NCBI GenBank assembly: GCA_003971905.1
Contig: RSEE01000006.1
Coordinates: 930,001 to 994,000, forward strand
DNA from: Moniliella sp. 'wahieum'
Taxonomy: Eukaryota
DNA: 64,000 bases
Direction: 5' to 3'
Positions 48,438 through 62,006 of the stretch are shown piece by piece; position 1 is the first letter of the stretch; the number at the start of each line of letters is the position of its first letter. Position numbers and translations under genes: made by a program. The notes beneath the pieces were generated by a model. That model made no database searches, was not told where the DNA came from, and worked only from the letters and a program-made list of their open reading frames with translations.

Positions 48438-48643
48438 CCTGTCCCATCAGACAGGGACCCCGTCGCGTTCTCGTTTTTCCCAATGACCTGTAGCTGCATA
48501 TCTCGTGTATCTGATATCAATTAGTAGGTAGCTTTCCTATAGCTCGTAGCAATCCGGATTCATCTCGACGATCCATATGACCCATGCAGAGCGTGCCGGC
48601 TCCGTCCCCCCGCCGAGCGGGCCGAGGGGAGGCTCAGGGCTAA

Positions 48644-51523
48644 CTAGCCCATCAACTTGTACTTGTCCCACTGCATCTCCTGGTGTAGAATCCCATCGAG
48701 GATCAGCTCCGCCGTCCAGACCCGGACGGGGGAGCCATCGACACAGCGGTCCTCGCTCAGTTGATCCCACAATCGCCGATCCGCTTCGGACGAAATAATG
48801 TGCACCGTATCGGGAAAGGGCAAGATGTAATCAACGTTGAGCGTTTTCTTCGTCTTCCCCCCAGCCGCCAGCACCACCATTCGCAACACCTCTTCCGACG
48901 GGGTCACTTTGGGTGTAAATATGAACGTGTGGCCGGCCAGCAGCTCGCCGTGGCTTCGCCGCCGCGCCAAAGAAGACGACAAGGTCATCCCACGCACCTT
49001 TTCGTTTTTCTTGTCCTGCAACGCATACTCCGTTGGATCGCCAACCTGCTCCTCGCGTAACAGTGCCTTTAACCACTGCGGCGTCACCACCTCCACCCCT
49101 CTCGCTACCGCACAGAGCAACTTGGGTGTCCGCTGCAACGACGCCGCTACCAACACCTCCGTCTGTCCCGTCACTTCCGCCTGTTTCCACCACCCAAGCT
49201 TGCGCAACTGTTTCTCCTCTTGGGCGGAAACGTCGACGGAGGTAGTGGTAAAGTACCGTTTCGTCGTTCCCGCGGGTGTCGTAGGCGTTTGGGAGCTCGG
49301 TGTCCCGCGAACTCGTTTTCGGTCCCGCGGCGTGGCGGTAACGGGGGAACTGGCCTGGTCCCGTTCGCGTCTACGAGGTGTGCCTTTCTTGACATCGGCT
49401 GCGCCAGCCATGGAGGATGGAGCTTTCTTGCCCCTGCGCTGCACGGGCGTCGCCACTTCTTCTTCTTCTTCCGCCCCATCTCGGGCTTCCATCGTCTCGT
49501 CCACAGCAGTCGGGGGGTGGCGCCACCTTCTTGGCGTCGCGCCGTACGGGTTTGGAGGAAACGACTGGCTCTACCTTGGGGTCTTCCTCTTGGGGTGGGC
49601 GACGCCTCTTGCCGGTCGCCTTCTTTTGTGGGACAGGTGTTTTCTTCATGGCGGGAGCCTCCGACGGGCGCCTGTAGGCCCGGGGCTTGATCAACTGTTG
49701 TTGGCTCCGCCAGAGCATTGCCAAGCAGCCCATCCTGTACCTTGGGGGGTGCGCTATCGGAAGGGCTGCTTGCTCTTGGGGCTCTTGCTGGTCCAACCCG
49801 TTCTTCGTCTCCCCTGCTCTCACTTGTTCGACTCGGGAGGGAAGGGAGACAGTGTCATCGTACCCCCCCCTGTCTGGGCATGTACCCACTCGGTCGCATG
49901 CACAATCCACGGCCGCAGCACATCCCGGTCCAACTTGGCTCGCCCGACCAGACCTTGCATTTTTACGTTGGACGGGAACTGGGTGTACGCACGGCTCGCC
50001 TCGACGCCTCGATCGCTCCAGGTGACCAACAGTCTTCCAGCCAGGTATGATTGACCACCTGGATCCCCCATGAGCTGGCGCGTTGGACTTTGTCGCCCGT
50101 CAAGGAAGCTGTGAGCAGGTGCGTGTTGCGCGAGCTCATCTCAGGGGTCCAGCACGCCCCGGCACGTCGCACCAGTTCTTTCAGGTACGATCGCGCTTGG
50201 CCCGTGTAGTTGCTGAGGGTGAAGACGTAGTTGGAGAAATTGGGAATGGGCCGGGAAGGGAAAGGGGAATGAAGGAGATGGTCCATGGGTTCGACCAGGC
50301 GGCCATAGGCTACCACGTACCACAGCCAACTGCTCGTTGCCAAACGTTTGCCCAAATGCAATGCCCATTGCCTCCCGGTGAATCGCGAAAGGAGGTGACC
50401 ACCACATCGCTCTCCATCACCGCCGAGCTCAGATCGTCCTCGGCCGGTCGTTCCACCCATATACCCCCGTGGTCCAACACACTCTTCTGCGCCATTGCAG
50501 GGATGGCGAACTGACTTCCTCGTCAGGCAGGAACAAGAGCTTGAGACCTTGCAGCGCATCTTTCCGCTGAAATAAGGACACCCGGCCTTCTTTGGGTGGA
50601 GCAAAGAGCTTGGCCAGGTCCGTGGAGGGGGCGAGAGGGACGGCGGGGGGGCCAGTTGGTCGGGCAGGCACAGAAGCTTCCGGGGCGGGAGCGGGCTGGC
50701 GGTGCGAAAGAGGCGGCTGATCTGTGCGTAAGAAAGAGGGTGCACCCTCCCGATCCAAGGGCCAGCAAATGCGTCTACAGGGAGGAGCGCAGTAAACTTG
50801 ATGCACTCGTTGATCCAAGCAGGATGAACGGCGAGGATGCCCAACTCGCGGTTCTCCTCTTTGCGCAGCACAGCCAAGCTGTTTGAATCTTCCACTGGCG
50901 TGATGAGGTGGGTTACTTCCTTGGTCAAGTTGAGCCGGTAGTGTCCGCCCAGACTTGGATCGCACCCAAGACCAGCTCTGATTCCGTCTGGTTGATCCGC
51001 GACAGATGGACCACAACGCCACTAAAGATCCGCGCCGGGTCGGGGGAGAAGTACCGCTCTGCCTGTCGCGAAGCCAAAATGACGAGCGCACGACCCATTC
51101 GGGACTGACGACTGTGGCACGTGTTGTGTCCCGTCTTCGGCGAGACCGTCGGCTTGCGGGTCGCCACACAGATCGTACTCGGGGAAACTGATGGTGTGCG
51201 TGACGACGTGGGTGACTACGCCAGCGTCAAAGCGGTACGAAGGGGGGAGGTCCTCAGCTTGTTGCGAAGCGGGTTGCTGGGCGAGACGATCGCGACGCTG
51301 TTGTCTCCAGGTGGGGCTGTGGGCGTCCCACTCGGTTGCGCCGGCGCGGGTGAGGAGCCTGCGGAGCTGGGATGGGTCAGTGGCGCGGGAGAGAAGAAGG
51401 GCACGAGGCGGGGGAGCGTACGTTGTCCGTTTCGCCCGCGTCCAGGTCGGTGTTGAGGAAGAATACGACGTCGCGCATGTCGGGCAGCGCGACGGCGGTG
51501 CTGGTGAGCGTGGTGCGGGCCAT
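48644..51523 (-). CDS. Multi-BRCT DNA-damage scaffold (Rtt107/Brc1 family)
   Basis: FSPDPARIFSGVVV; VTHLIT..VHPAWINEC; HLLHSPFPSRPIPNFSNYVFTLSNYTGQARSYLKELVRRAGACWTPEMSSRNTHLL..VVNHTWLEDCW; C-terminal tandem BRCT LQRTPKLLCAVARG..WTAELILDGILHQEM. Confidence 0.88.
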
Positions 51524-51900
51524 GCTGTGGGCGAGGCGAGGGGCGAGCAAGACAGGTGGTTGGTGGCGGCCACGTTGGTCAAATCCCTCGGCGGGGCGCG
51601 ACGCGTTCGGGATGCAACCGAGCGCGGCGCAGCGGCAGTGTGGGCCAGCGCTGATTCATCGGTGATGGTGGATTGATTGATTGATGGCCGCTTGGTGCTG
51701 GTGCTGCCTGCTTTCTGCTTTCTCTCTGTCTTCGGGGATGCGTTGGCGTGATCAAGTCGATGGGAATCGATTCATAACCGCCGTGGACTACGAACAGCTC
51801 AGGCCGAGCAGAGGCAGGATGGGATAGAGCAATGGATTGGCAGAACAGCGCACAGTGACTCTGTCCGGCCCGCAGGACAAAGAAGGGGCTGGGCTACATG

Positions 51901-54900
51901 TTAGGAGATATGGATCCCGCGTTCCTGCGCCGCCGCCAACGCCAGCCGGTGGCCGCGGGCCGAGCGGTCCAGGTGGTCGAGCGCAACAAGGTAGTCGTCC
52001 GTAACGTCGTCAAACGGCACCGAGTCCGCCTCTAGGTAGTCCGGCTTGATCCCGCGCAGGGGCAAGCGCGCCACCTTGATCTTGCCAAACTCCTTCTCGG
52101 TCATGGCCAGGCGGGCGCGCAGACGCGCCTTCATCGCCTCCAGTCCCTCCCCGGCCGCAGCACAAACTGGAACGGCACGCCCGTTGCGCGGCTGGCGTCC
52201 TTGTGGAAGTGCATCACCGTCACGATCTTCCGCTCGGGATTCGGCGTGGCGGGGTCGACGACCTGTGCAAATAAAAGCTCCATCTCGTCGCCCGGCACCT
52301 CCTCGGCGTACACCTCCGTCTCGTCTCCGAGCTTGTCGATCGAGTCGCTGGTGTGGAACTGCACGAGTCGGCGTCCGTCGTCGGTAAGTTGCGAGAGCCG
52401 AATCCGCGTCGGCGGAGGCAAATTGAACGCCAGCGAGTCCCCAGGCAGCGGCACCAGCGCTGGCACCTCTTCCCCGTTATCCTTACGCTGAAGGATGGGG
52501 ATCCGAGGATGCTCCTCCACCTGCTCCACCTTGGCGAGCTCGTACTGCACCGCACCAAACGTGGTCATTTTGTTCAGGAGGTACTGCCGTTCGCCTTGTT
52601 CCTTGTTATTCATCCCCATCCAGTAGATCGTCAGCGGCCGCTTGGCCTCCATCTCCACTAGAGGGACCTCCAACACCTCGTAGTACACCTTGCCCCCGCC
52701 AGCCTGGACGGAAGTCATGGCAATGTCGTACACCGCCATGGGAGCATTGGACCTGAGCACCTGCTTGGGTGTCTGGTTCGGTCCATTCGCCAGTGTGAAC
52801 CGCAACATGCTCCCGTCAACGCCTAGTTGTCTTCCAGCTTTTTGGGCCAACGCCTCATGCCCGAGCCGGCGATCAAGAGGGAGGGTGAACTCCTCCCCCT
52901 CGGTGCCGGGGAAGGGAGCAAACTCCACCTCAACCTTGTTGTGGAGAAAGTCATAAAACAAGATCGGGTTGGAAGGAGCTCCTTCTTCCACTTGTCCTGG
53001 CTCCTCGTCCTTCTCCTCGCCCTCGCCTTCACCTTCACCTTCACCTTGGAAACAAATAATGTCACCAGTGAGAATTCTGACGCACCAAAGCTAGAGTTGA
53101 GGTTCATCGGGTCAATCATGCCAGGCTTAATTTCCTCGTATAGCTTGACCCCCATCGAGGCAGGCCAGCCCATCGTCTCCTTACTCGCGGTAGAATGGAG
53201 CCAACGGAGTCTGTGCTCTGCACATACACAGTCCCTGCACCTAGGAGTGTTTGGCGTCGAGGGTCAAAGTGCTTGAGGAACAACAGGCTCCAGTTGTCGG
53301 GTTCGGCAAGGGCGGCAGGTGGCACGCTGGCCAACGGCTCAACGTACAACCAAAGCTCGGGTGTGCGCGCCCGTCAGTCGTTCCCTCACCTCTTCCACCG
53401 TCCACTCTTTGCCCTCCGGCACCAATTCGTCCGGTCGAATCGTTCGATTCTGTCTCCAGACCAGCACCCACACACGTACCTCGTCAGCCGAAACCCCAAG
53501 AGCAGAGGCGAGGATCTCCTTGGCATTATCAAAAGGTTCTGACCGGGACACCCGAACACTCGGCACGTCCTGCAATGTCGTGGGCGTGCGGTCAGAAACC
53601 TTGGCCAGGTCAAAGCCTTGATACGTCTTGAAGAGCGGAAGGGTGATGGGGCGAAGGTTGAGGTAAAGGTGTTGTTCTTCTTTCTGACGACGGAGGGACT
53701 CAATCTCCTGCCGCTCCTCCTCCACCCGACGCTTGAGATGCGCTGGCGTCTCGTCATCAGCCAGAGGCTTGAGTACCTGGGCCCGTTCCGCGTTCCGCAC
53801 ATAGACCAACATGTAAGCATTGGTGAACCGCTTGATGGGCTGTCCTACTCTCTTCAGTGGCAACCCGCGCGCATGAGGCGCGCCTCCAAAGTTATCCTCG
53901 AGCACTTCGCGCTCGGTCGCAGGTGTGACCCTGTCATCATCAAACTTGAACCACTCTCCCGCCTCATCCGGCTTCAACAGCGCAAAGTAGTGCCCGCCGT
54001 GGAGATCACCCGAATGGACCAAGACACCATGCAGCGAATACCTCCAATCTTCACCCCAGCCTGGGCTGTCCTTGTCGATAAACTCGCCCAGATCAACCTC
54101 AAGAGGGAACTCATACCGGTCATTGATCTTGACCATAGCGTCACGTTCAATGTCGTACTCGAACCGCTTGAGTTGGAGGTGCAAGACAGGAGGGAAGGAT
54201 TCGAAAATCACACCTTTCGTCGCGTCTTGCAGCCCGTACCCTTCGGCGCGATACTGGTTCTCCCCGTCCAGCCTCTCCACTTGAACATAGTCCCGGAACG
54301 AGTCGACAAGCGTGGGGAGACCCTTGACGTTGAGTTGGATGTCGTAAAAGTCCTCGGTCCGACTGGATTCGTAGTCGACATCGATACACTTGATGTAACT
54401 CTTCATCCGGCCCTTGAAGAGCTTGCTGATCATCCCATCCGCCTTGGTGCCTTTCATTTTCTCTTCCAACTTGTCCTGCAGAACACGGTTAAACTCTTGC
54501 ACGTCGTGTTGGAGGAACGAGTCGAGCGATTTCCAGCCAAACGAACGGGTCAGCTCGGTTGTTCCTACTGGCTCGGAGGAGGATTGCAGGTGGTAAACTC
54601 GCTGCAACGCGAGCGCTACGCTTTCCGACGGAATCTCCCCCTCGGTCGGGACGCCATAGACGGCACGGCGAAACAAGTTGGTGCAGAACAAGGATTGGAG
54701 TAGCGAGTTCATGTAGCATGTTGCACCCTGGTTCTTCAGGCCCACATGTCCCGTCATCGCCTTGGAGTCGTAGCGAGAAAAGTTGTGCCAGAGGACCCCC
54801 TTTTCATCGCGCAGCGAACGAACAAACGCAGTGACGCGCACCTGCTTATCCTCCACCACTGGCCGGCCGTGCTGGGCAGAGGTCAAAGTGGCCAAATCAG

Positions 54901-55550
54901 CAAAGCGGGTGAACCCCCAGTCCACTTCCTCCGAGGTGTAGCGGTGCTGGCCGCTGTTGTGCACGTAAACACGCGGGTCCTCGGGGTTGGAGAGAAGGCT
55001 GAACTGGATGCAATGTGGTCGTCGTAGGACTTGGCTAGGGTACGGGTCGGAGAAGAAACCGCCTTCTCGTCGGCCTCCTCCTGATCCTGAGGGGCTGGGT
55101 GGTCGACGCTAGCGGCCGCGTCGGAGGACGCGGGCTGGGAAAAGTCGACGCACTCGAGGTAAATAAGACCAAGTTCTGGTTCTGTGCTCCATTGCCAAAG
55201 GGGAAGAGGAGGATGCGGAAGCGGTACCCGCCACATCGAAAGATGGGGCTGACGCTGCGGCGTGCCAGTTGGTTCCAGTCGGCAATGTCCCAATGGAATA
55301 CGGTGGCATCCTCCTCGTCCAGGCCGGTATCGGGCAAGAAAAAGTCGACGGCGCTAGCTACCGCTGGGTCAGCACGAGAGCTGCGAAGAGAGGAAGGAGG
55401 GGAGGAGGACATACGATCTACCGTCGACACGAGCTCCTCTACGGGGGACGCCGAGGGGGGATCCTCGTACTGGAACTCCATCTCGGCCAGCGGATCCTGG
55501 ACGGGGGCGGGTGAGTGCGGGGTCAGGGCAGAGGCGGGGCGACGTACCAT
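51901..55550 (-). CDS. UBP15: Ubiquitin-specific protease Ubp15/USP7 (MATH + C19 peptidase + UBL domains)
   Basis: MATH: FHWDIADW..SPIFRCGGYRFRILLFPFGN, DWGFTRF. Cys box GLKNQGATCYMNSLLQSL; QHDVQEF; His box LHGVLVHSGDLHGGHYFA; WFKFDDDRV; NAYMLVY; KLYEEIKPGMIDPM; C-terminal LVALDHLD. Confidence 0.96.
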
Positions 55551-55946
55551 GGGGGGCGGAGGGGGTGCTGGCGGTGGTTGGCGTTGGTGGGGCGCAGAGG
55601 CGAGATGAGATGTGCTATCTAGATCGGCCAGGGATCGGATTGCGCTGAGGCTCTCTCTTGTTGCCCCGACGACACCGCCGTCGCCGATGAGTAAGAGGAG
55701 GCCCCGCGCCCAAGCACCCCGGGCGCACGGACACACTGCCCCCGCGCTGCCGCACACCCATTCCGCCCCGGGCCCATGTCGCCGCGCCCGGCACGGCCCA
55801 CCCTCCCCGAACCCTACCGCACGCGCATGTCCCCCGCCCCGTCACGTGCCACCCTGGCCATTCCGCCCTGCGATAGCAGCTCCCACTCGCGCTCGCACTC
55901 GCGCACCCCTCCCCCTCCCCTCTCCCTACCCCCCCGCCCCAGCAAC

Positions 55947-56188
55947 ATGGCCCACGACTGGGCCAGCACCTTCGAGTCGGCTGTTATCGTTGTCTTCCTC
56001 CTCCTCCTGGCCTTCATTGTGCTCAAGGTGCTGGAGAGCCGGCCAGCGGACGAGGTGCGTTGCTACTTGCCCCGATGGGCAGCCGTCGACGTTTCCTTCA
56101 CTAACCCGCCCCACAGTGGAACGCCCAGCGCCCACCGCCTGCCAAGAAGGACCAGGCGGAGGGATATTCGTCCGGAGTCAAGGCCTAG
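55947..56188 (+). CDS. 59-aa single-pass membrane microprotein (2 exons)
   Basis: Exon 55947-56054 MAHDWASTFESAVIVVFLLLLAFIVLKVLESRPADE; intron 56055-56116 GTGCGT..CTAAC..CAG; exon 56117-56188 WNAQRPPPAKKDQAEGYSSGVKA*. Confidence 0.65.
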
Positions 56189-56722
56189 CTACTCCGGGGG
56201 CGATACCCATCCGGCAGAGAATTCGATGCGGAAGTGGTTACATGTGTCGCTGCGGCGAGTCCTGTGCGGCCAATCCTAATAGGACCAACTGGCGCCCCCG
56301 GCACAGCCAGCCGTGACGCTGCCAGTGCGGGTCGATGGTCTGGATGCCCGCTGTTTTGGTTGGGAGTCCAGCAGCAAGGTGGGAGTGGTTAGGGTGGGAT
56401 GTGGCATAGCCGAGGGTAGCTGGCTTGCTGTTTGCGGACGAGGCGACTGGGCGCAGCGGCATGGATCGTCCGATTGGTCGGAGCAGATGACGTCGGTGGG
56501 GGCGGGGTACGTAAGCAGGCTGTCTGTGCGCCACAATGCGAGGACTCCGACTCAGTGGCTCAGCTCAGCGGCGGTCGCAATCCCAAGTCACATGATCACA
56601 TTTATCCGCCTGGCGCCCGCTTGGGTCGCCGCCCCGCCACGCCCCTTCTCCGCCCCCCCCATCCACCCCGTTGCCGCCGCCGCTCGTCTCTCCCCCCCCC
56701 CGCCGCCCCCACTCTTTCCCGC

Positions 56723-57342
56723 ATGTCGTCGCCAAGCGCCGGATCGAGACCGACGTGATGAAGTTGCTGATGAGCGACTACGAGATCGAGCTGGTCAACG
56801 ACAACATGCGCGAGTTCTATGTCCGCTTCCCGGCCCAGAAGAGAGTGCGTGTCTCCCTCGTCCCCTCCCATTGTTACCGGCATGGTGGTCCCGCATCTGC
56901 TAATCTCAGCCCGACAGCGCCATTCGCCGGCGGCGTGGGGATTCATGTGGAACTCCCGGAAGACTACCCGTACAAGTCGCCTCGATTGGCTTTCGCAACC
57001 GGATATTCCACCCCAACATTGACGAAGTGTCGGGGTCAGTGTGTCTCGATGTGATCAACCAGGCCTGGACGCCGCCTCTATGGCCTGATCAATGTGTTTG
57101 AGTCCTTCATCCCGCAGCTGCTGCGCTACCCGAACGCCAGCGACCCCCTCAACGGCGAAGCAGCGGCCCTCTTCATGAGCCACCCGGAACTGTACGACCA
57201 GCGAGTGCGTGACTACGTCAGGCGCTACGCCTCTTCCAACGCCATGGCCGAGGGCACCGAGGAGGAGGAAGAGAGTGAGGAAGAAGAAATGTCCGACGTC
57301 TCTTTTAGCGACGAGGATGAGCCGGCCAACATGGATCCCTAG
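56723..57342 (+). CDS. UBC8: Ubiquitin-conjugating enzyme Ubc8/UBE2H
   Basis: [94 protein letters not shown]; acidic tail. One intron near 56846-56916. Confidence 0.95.
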
Positions 57343-58114
57343 CCTAACCCCGTACCTGTCATCACTCTCTCTCGTCCTGACCCTGGGTTCCTTTTACCGC
57401 TTCAGGTTCTCCGTGCCGATGGAACGAATATTCGAGGGGCTCCCCCCCTTCCCAGAGGGTTTCATTATTACTTGTAGGACCCATTTCCATTGTACCACCT
57501 CTCCTTACCTCACAACTCCCTATTGATGTACTTCAACCGAGCGCCTGTGCTTCGTGCCCTGGAATCACTTGGCCATTGCTGAGGTCGCACGGGTCGTTGC
57601 AGGCCGAGGAAGCAAGTCCGGCGCACCTTAAGGATAGAGGGGGACAGCACACGTTAGTCCGCAGAACAGACGCCAGGTACAACCAGATATTGAGAAATGT
57701 TGCCGCTTTCCCTGCTACCTGTTCCCTTTCACCGTTGTCACCGGCCTGGCAACAAGTTCACGGCAAACACTCCTAGTCATGTAGAGAGATCATTGACAGA
57801 TTAGCTTGATTATCTCTCCCGCCTTCAAGCTTCATTGGTACTCGTCACCTTCTCGTTCCCTTCATAACCATCGCAGCTTGTGTGTCGCCTTGAAGCAAGC
57901 CCGCCACAATTTGAAGGTAGCCCCATTTGGCTGATTCAGGCTGTGACATGTGAGGCCTGAGGCGCAGCTGGTGGCGATCTTTCATCGGAACAATTAATCT
58001 CGGGGGGGGGGTGCTACTGGAAAGCGATGCGTTTGCAGCTGATCTGAGCACTACTCGCTCTAGCTCTCGCTCCCCCATTGGTCCTTCGGCTTTTGCCACC
58101 ACCACCATAGCATC

Positions 58115-58890
58115 ATGACCGACGTTGTCGCTCAATACATCGCCCAGCGCATGGGGAGGGATATCTCCCACCTCGTGGACCAAGGCGTCCTCACCGTACG
58201 CCCTTCTCTCCGCATTCGAAACCGAGGCGCATCGATCCGCCGCGGCGCTGACATGGGGCTTTTTTCCTCAGCCGAGCAGGCGCGGCCAATGCAGGCGCAG
58301 CTTGCGCCGCTGTTGGGGCCCACCATCCGTGTTCCCCCCGGACCCACCACCCTTTCCCCCGCCACCTCATCCTTCCGCCATGCACCTCCCGCTACCTCCC
58401 CCGTATCCCGCCGCACGAGTACCCCTGCCACCGCCGCCGCTGCCGCTGGGGTTGAGCGCCCCGTTCGCTCCACCCCGGCGCGCCCTCGGCGGACCCGGCA
58501 GAAGAACTCGCTACGGCGCTGTACGACTACACCCCGCACGCCTCGGACGAACTGAGCTTCCGCAAGGGAGAGCAACTTGTCATTACGCAGCACACCACCA
58601 GTGATTGGTTGATGGGGCGACCGCAGGCCGCGCCGCAGCTCCGCCCAAACTGTTGCCAGCCAACTATGTCCGGTTGCTTCCCCGAGCAAGCGGGGGCGGG
58701 AACCAGTCGCCTCCCTGGGCGCCCTCGAGCGAGCGGGTACCCGCCCCAGCCACATCCTTCCCCCACCGGGCGTACACCCGTACGCTAAGCCCCCCCACGA
58801 CTGGGGTCTCCCGTCTCCCCGTAGTTGGTGGTAGTGAGCTAGTCACGCTGCCAACAATTCGCTTTTCACTTGCGCGTGTGGTAGGCCGGT
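58115..58890 (+). CDS. Small SH3-domain protein
   Basis: ELATALYDYTP..DELSFRKGEQLVITQHTTSDWLMG..LLPANYVRLL (ALYDY, ELSF, W, PxNYV motifs). N-terminal helix MTDVVAQYIAQRMGRDISHLVDQGVLT followed by a GTACGC intron. 3' end uncertain. Confidence 0.8.
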
Positions 58891-60422
58891 AGGCCCGAGG
58901 GGGAGGCGAGCCCATCCCATGGGATGTTCACAGATGCATTGGTGTACGGTGGAGGACGCAGACGTAGCAGGGCGTAGCAGGACGTACCCCTGCATCCTCT
59001 CTCGTGACACTTGACCCCCTATGCTTGCCACTTCAGGGACGAGAACGCACATCCCTCCTCAGCAAACGCAACGCAGCAACAAGGGTAGCCAGGAAGGTTC
59101 TCGCTCGCGTCAGTAGGCCCCTTGCACGGGGAGCCGATAGGGTGTCTACCAGATGTGCCTCCACCCCCTACCACTCCATATTGCGCCGCAACAACGGCAT
59201 GGTAGTGGTTGCAAGCAGAAGGCCACGACCGTCAACCGCCCTTCCCCCTCAGCAGGGACTTGCTCAAAAAGGCGTAGCGGGCCTTGTGAGCGTCGTAGGA
59301 CCATCGCCCGGTCCCGAGTGAAGCGCGCTGGACTTCTTCCCTGTCGACGTTGCAGAACAAGGCACAGAAAGGGGGGGGGGGAGGCGCAAACGGAGGCGCA
59401 TGAGCAAGGGGATAGGAATGAGTCCACCGCAACGGCTGCAACTGCGCATTCCTGGGGTGGCTGGGCCCCATGCCATCCCTGCTAGATCAAATTGTGGCAC
59501 CAGCAATCGTATCTTTGTACCCACCAGGAGAGAACAAGGGGACGAGCTGTTGCTACCACAGCTGCTACGTCTGGGGCCACATGCGGGATTGCTGCTGACT
59601 CAACGATGCCGGAACAGTGTGCGAAACGCCGCAATGGCAAAGTTGGCCCTCATCAACCAGTTTGAGTCATCTCTCCGAATTCAAACAGGGAAAATGAAGC
59701 CATGGGCGAGTTGCGTCAACTTGGTGAGGGGAGGGGAGTGGGGCTAACCAGTCCAGACAATAGGTTCAACCGGCCGCAGCCGTGTCTCTCGTTCGGAAAG
59801 AGAGGCGAGGTCCTCGGAGCGAAGGGCTGCAAGCCAGGATTTTACCAAGGAAGATGAACATCGATACGGTTTATTCCACCGCTGTGTACAATCAAAGCCG
59901 GACGAGCGTGCTGGGCAGTCCTCTCACCGATGCTGTGACGCGGGTTCGGCGGATGGACCGCATGCCACGTTTTGGGCCCTTCCCTTCGTAGTATCTGGGC
60001 GACCTCTTAGGTGTGTCATGCGCACATCAGTTGTCAGATATCTGATGGAGGTGTGCCTAGAGACACTACAGAAAAGAGAGGGGAAAAGGGAGTCCGTGAC
60101 CAACCGCAAGAAGGCTGAACAAGAGGTCATTGGTACGACTTGGATCTATTGTCAGGCGGTGACACTTGGGTCGTGTAGGGCGGAGGGATGGTAGTGTTGT
60201 TGGAGTGGTGAGTCATATACTACGTCGGTCGTGCTCGTTATATAACTACCGAGCGCCAGAAGACATTGGGGTGGAAATCAGAATTGAAACGTGAAATGCT
60301 GGGATGGCCAACATCCAATCCCGATTCATTCTACGTACATTGAACATTGAACATTGCTCACATGGCTGCCCTCCTTTCTCTTTGGGCTCCACCACAATCA
60401 GCCCCTACCACCGCCTGCTACG

Positions 60423-61704
60423 ATGAGCAGCACCGATCTCGATCTGTGGATCTCGCAACTGAGCCAGTGCAAGTACCTCTCCGAGGGAGCCATGGAGTCG
60501 CTTTGTGCACGCGTCAAGGCCATCCTGATGGAGGAGGCCAACATCCAGCCCGTCTCGAGCCCCGTGACCGTATGCGGCGACATCCATGGCCAACTGTGGG
60601 ACTTGCTGGAACTGTTGCGCGTTGGCGGTCCTCCTCCCACCACGTCGTACATATTATGGGCGACTTTGTCGACCGTGGCTACTTTTCGCTGGAAACGCTC
60701 TCGTTGCTCATGGCGCTCAAGGCGCGGTGGCCCGATCGGGTGACGTTGTTGCGCGGCAACCACGAGTCGCGGCAAATTACGCAGGTCTACGGGTTTTACG
60801 ATGAGTGCCAGCACAAGTATGGCAATGCCAACGTATGGAAACTGTGTTGCCAAGTGTTTGACTATCTCAACTTGGCTGCCATTATCGATGGTCGCGTTTT
60901 GTGTGTCCATGGGGGTCTGAGTCCCGAGGTGCGCATGCTGGACCAGATCCGCACCCTCTCTCGTGCCCAGGAGATCCCGCACGAAGGCGCGTTCTGTGAC
61001 CTAATGTGGTCCGACCCGGAGGAGGTGGATACATGGGCCATGTCCCCGCGCGGGGCGGGATGGCTGTTTGGCAATACGGTCACCACGGAGTTTAACCATC
61101 TGAACAATCTGGATTTGATTGCGCGCGCACACCAGTTGGTGCAGGAAGGATTGTGCGTTCGCCTCCCCCCTGTTTCTTGCTTGCTTCTGTGGTGCTCTCT
61201 GTGTTGACTCTTTCTCTGGGTGGGGTGTCATGTGACAGCAAACTCATGCACGATAACCAGATCGTTACCGTTTGGTCCGCCCCCAATTACTGCTATCGCT
61301 GCGGCAATGTGGCTTCGATCTTTGAGGTGCCCGACTTGCTCGATCTGCCAGCTGACAATTCCAGTCCCCAGGCTCAAGAGGCGACTGGGGACGAAGGAAG
61401 CAGCAAGGTGGGCCAATCCGCCTCGCACGCTGCTTCCCACGCCTCCTCCCCGGACTGGACAGAGGAACGATCGTTGTCGCCCACCTCGCTTGCTTCCTCG
61501 CACCCGTCCACGCCTACTGGCCCCACTCCTTCCCGCCTCGATGGGGAGGAGGGCACGTCCCGCTCTGCCTGTCTCAGTCCAGCATCCAATTCCGCTCCGA
61601 CCCACTCGTTGATTGGACCAGGGAACTTTAAGATTTTCTCGGCCGTGCCCGACATGGAACGCACCACCCCAAGTCGAATGGCCGGTTCGCAGTACTTTCT
61701 CTGA
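60423..61704 (+). CDS. SIT4: Ser/Thr phosphatase PP6 catalytic subunit (Sit4/Ppe1)
   Basis: [78 protein letters not shown], terminal YFL. Intron 61153-61238; one frameshift near 60655. Confidence 0.92.
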
Positions 61705-62006
61705 CTTGGTTGGCCATCTCTGTTTCTCTCGCATCCAATGCCCCCTTTGTACCACCCTGTCAACTTGTACCATGCCATCCTTTGGCTACCTGACCACAAG
61801 GACGTTTTTTGGCGCCAAGACGCGGCGCATTTGTAGCTAAACAAGGACCCATCGGTTTCTTCCTAAGAAAGTAGATTGCCACACCCAGCTGCCAGCTCGG
61901 TGAAGCGCAAGTGGTGGACACAGGGACTAGGTGCTTTGTTTTTACTTCTTTTTGATTAGCTTGCAGCGCTAGACATGCCAGGTTGTCAGGTGTCAGGTGT
62001 CAGGTG

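Noticed and set aside
60423..61704. PP4 (Pph3) or Ppg1 identity for the phosphatase
   Set aside because: [26 protein letters not shown] and HQLVQEG match the Sit4/PP6 subfamily better.
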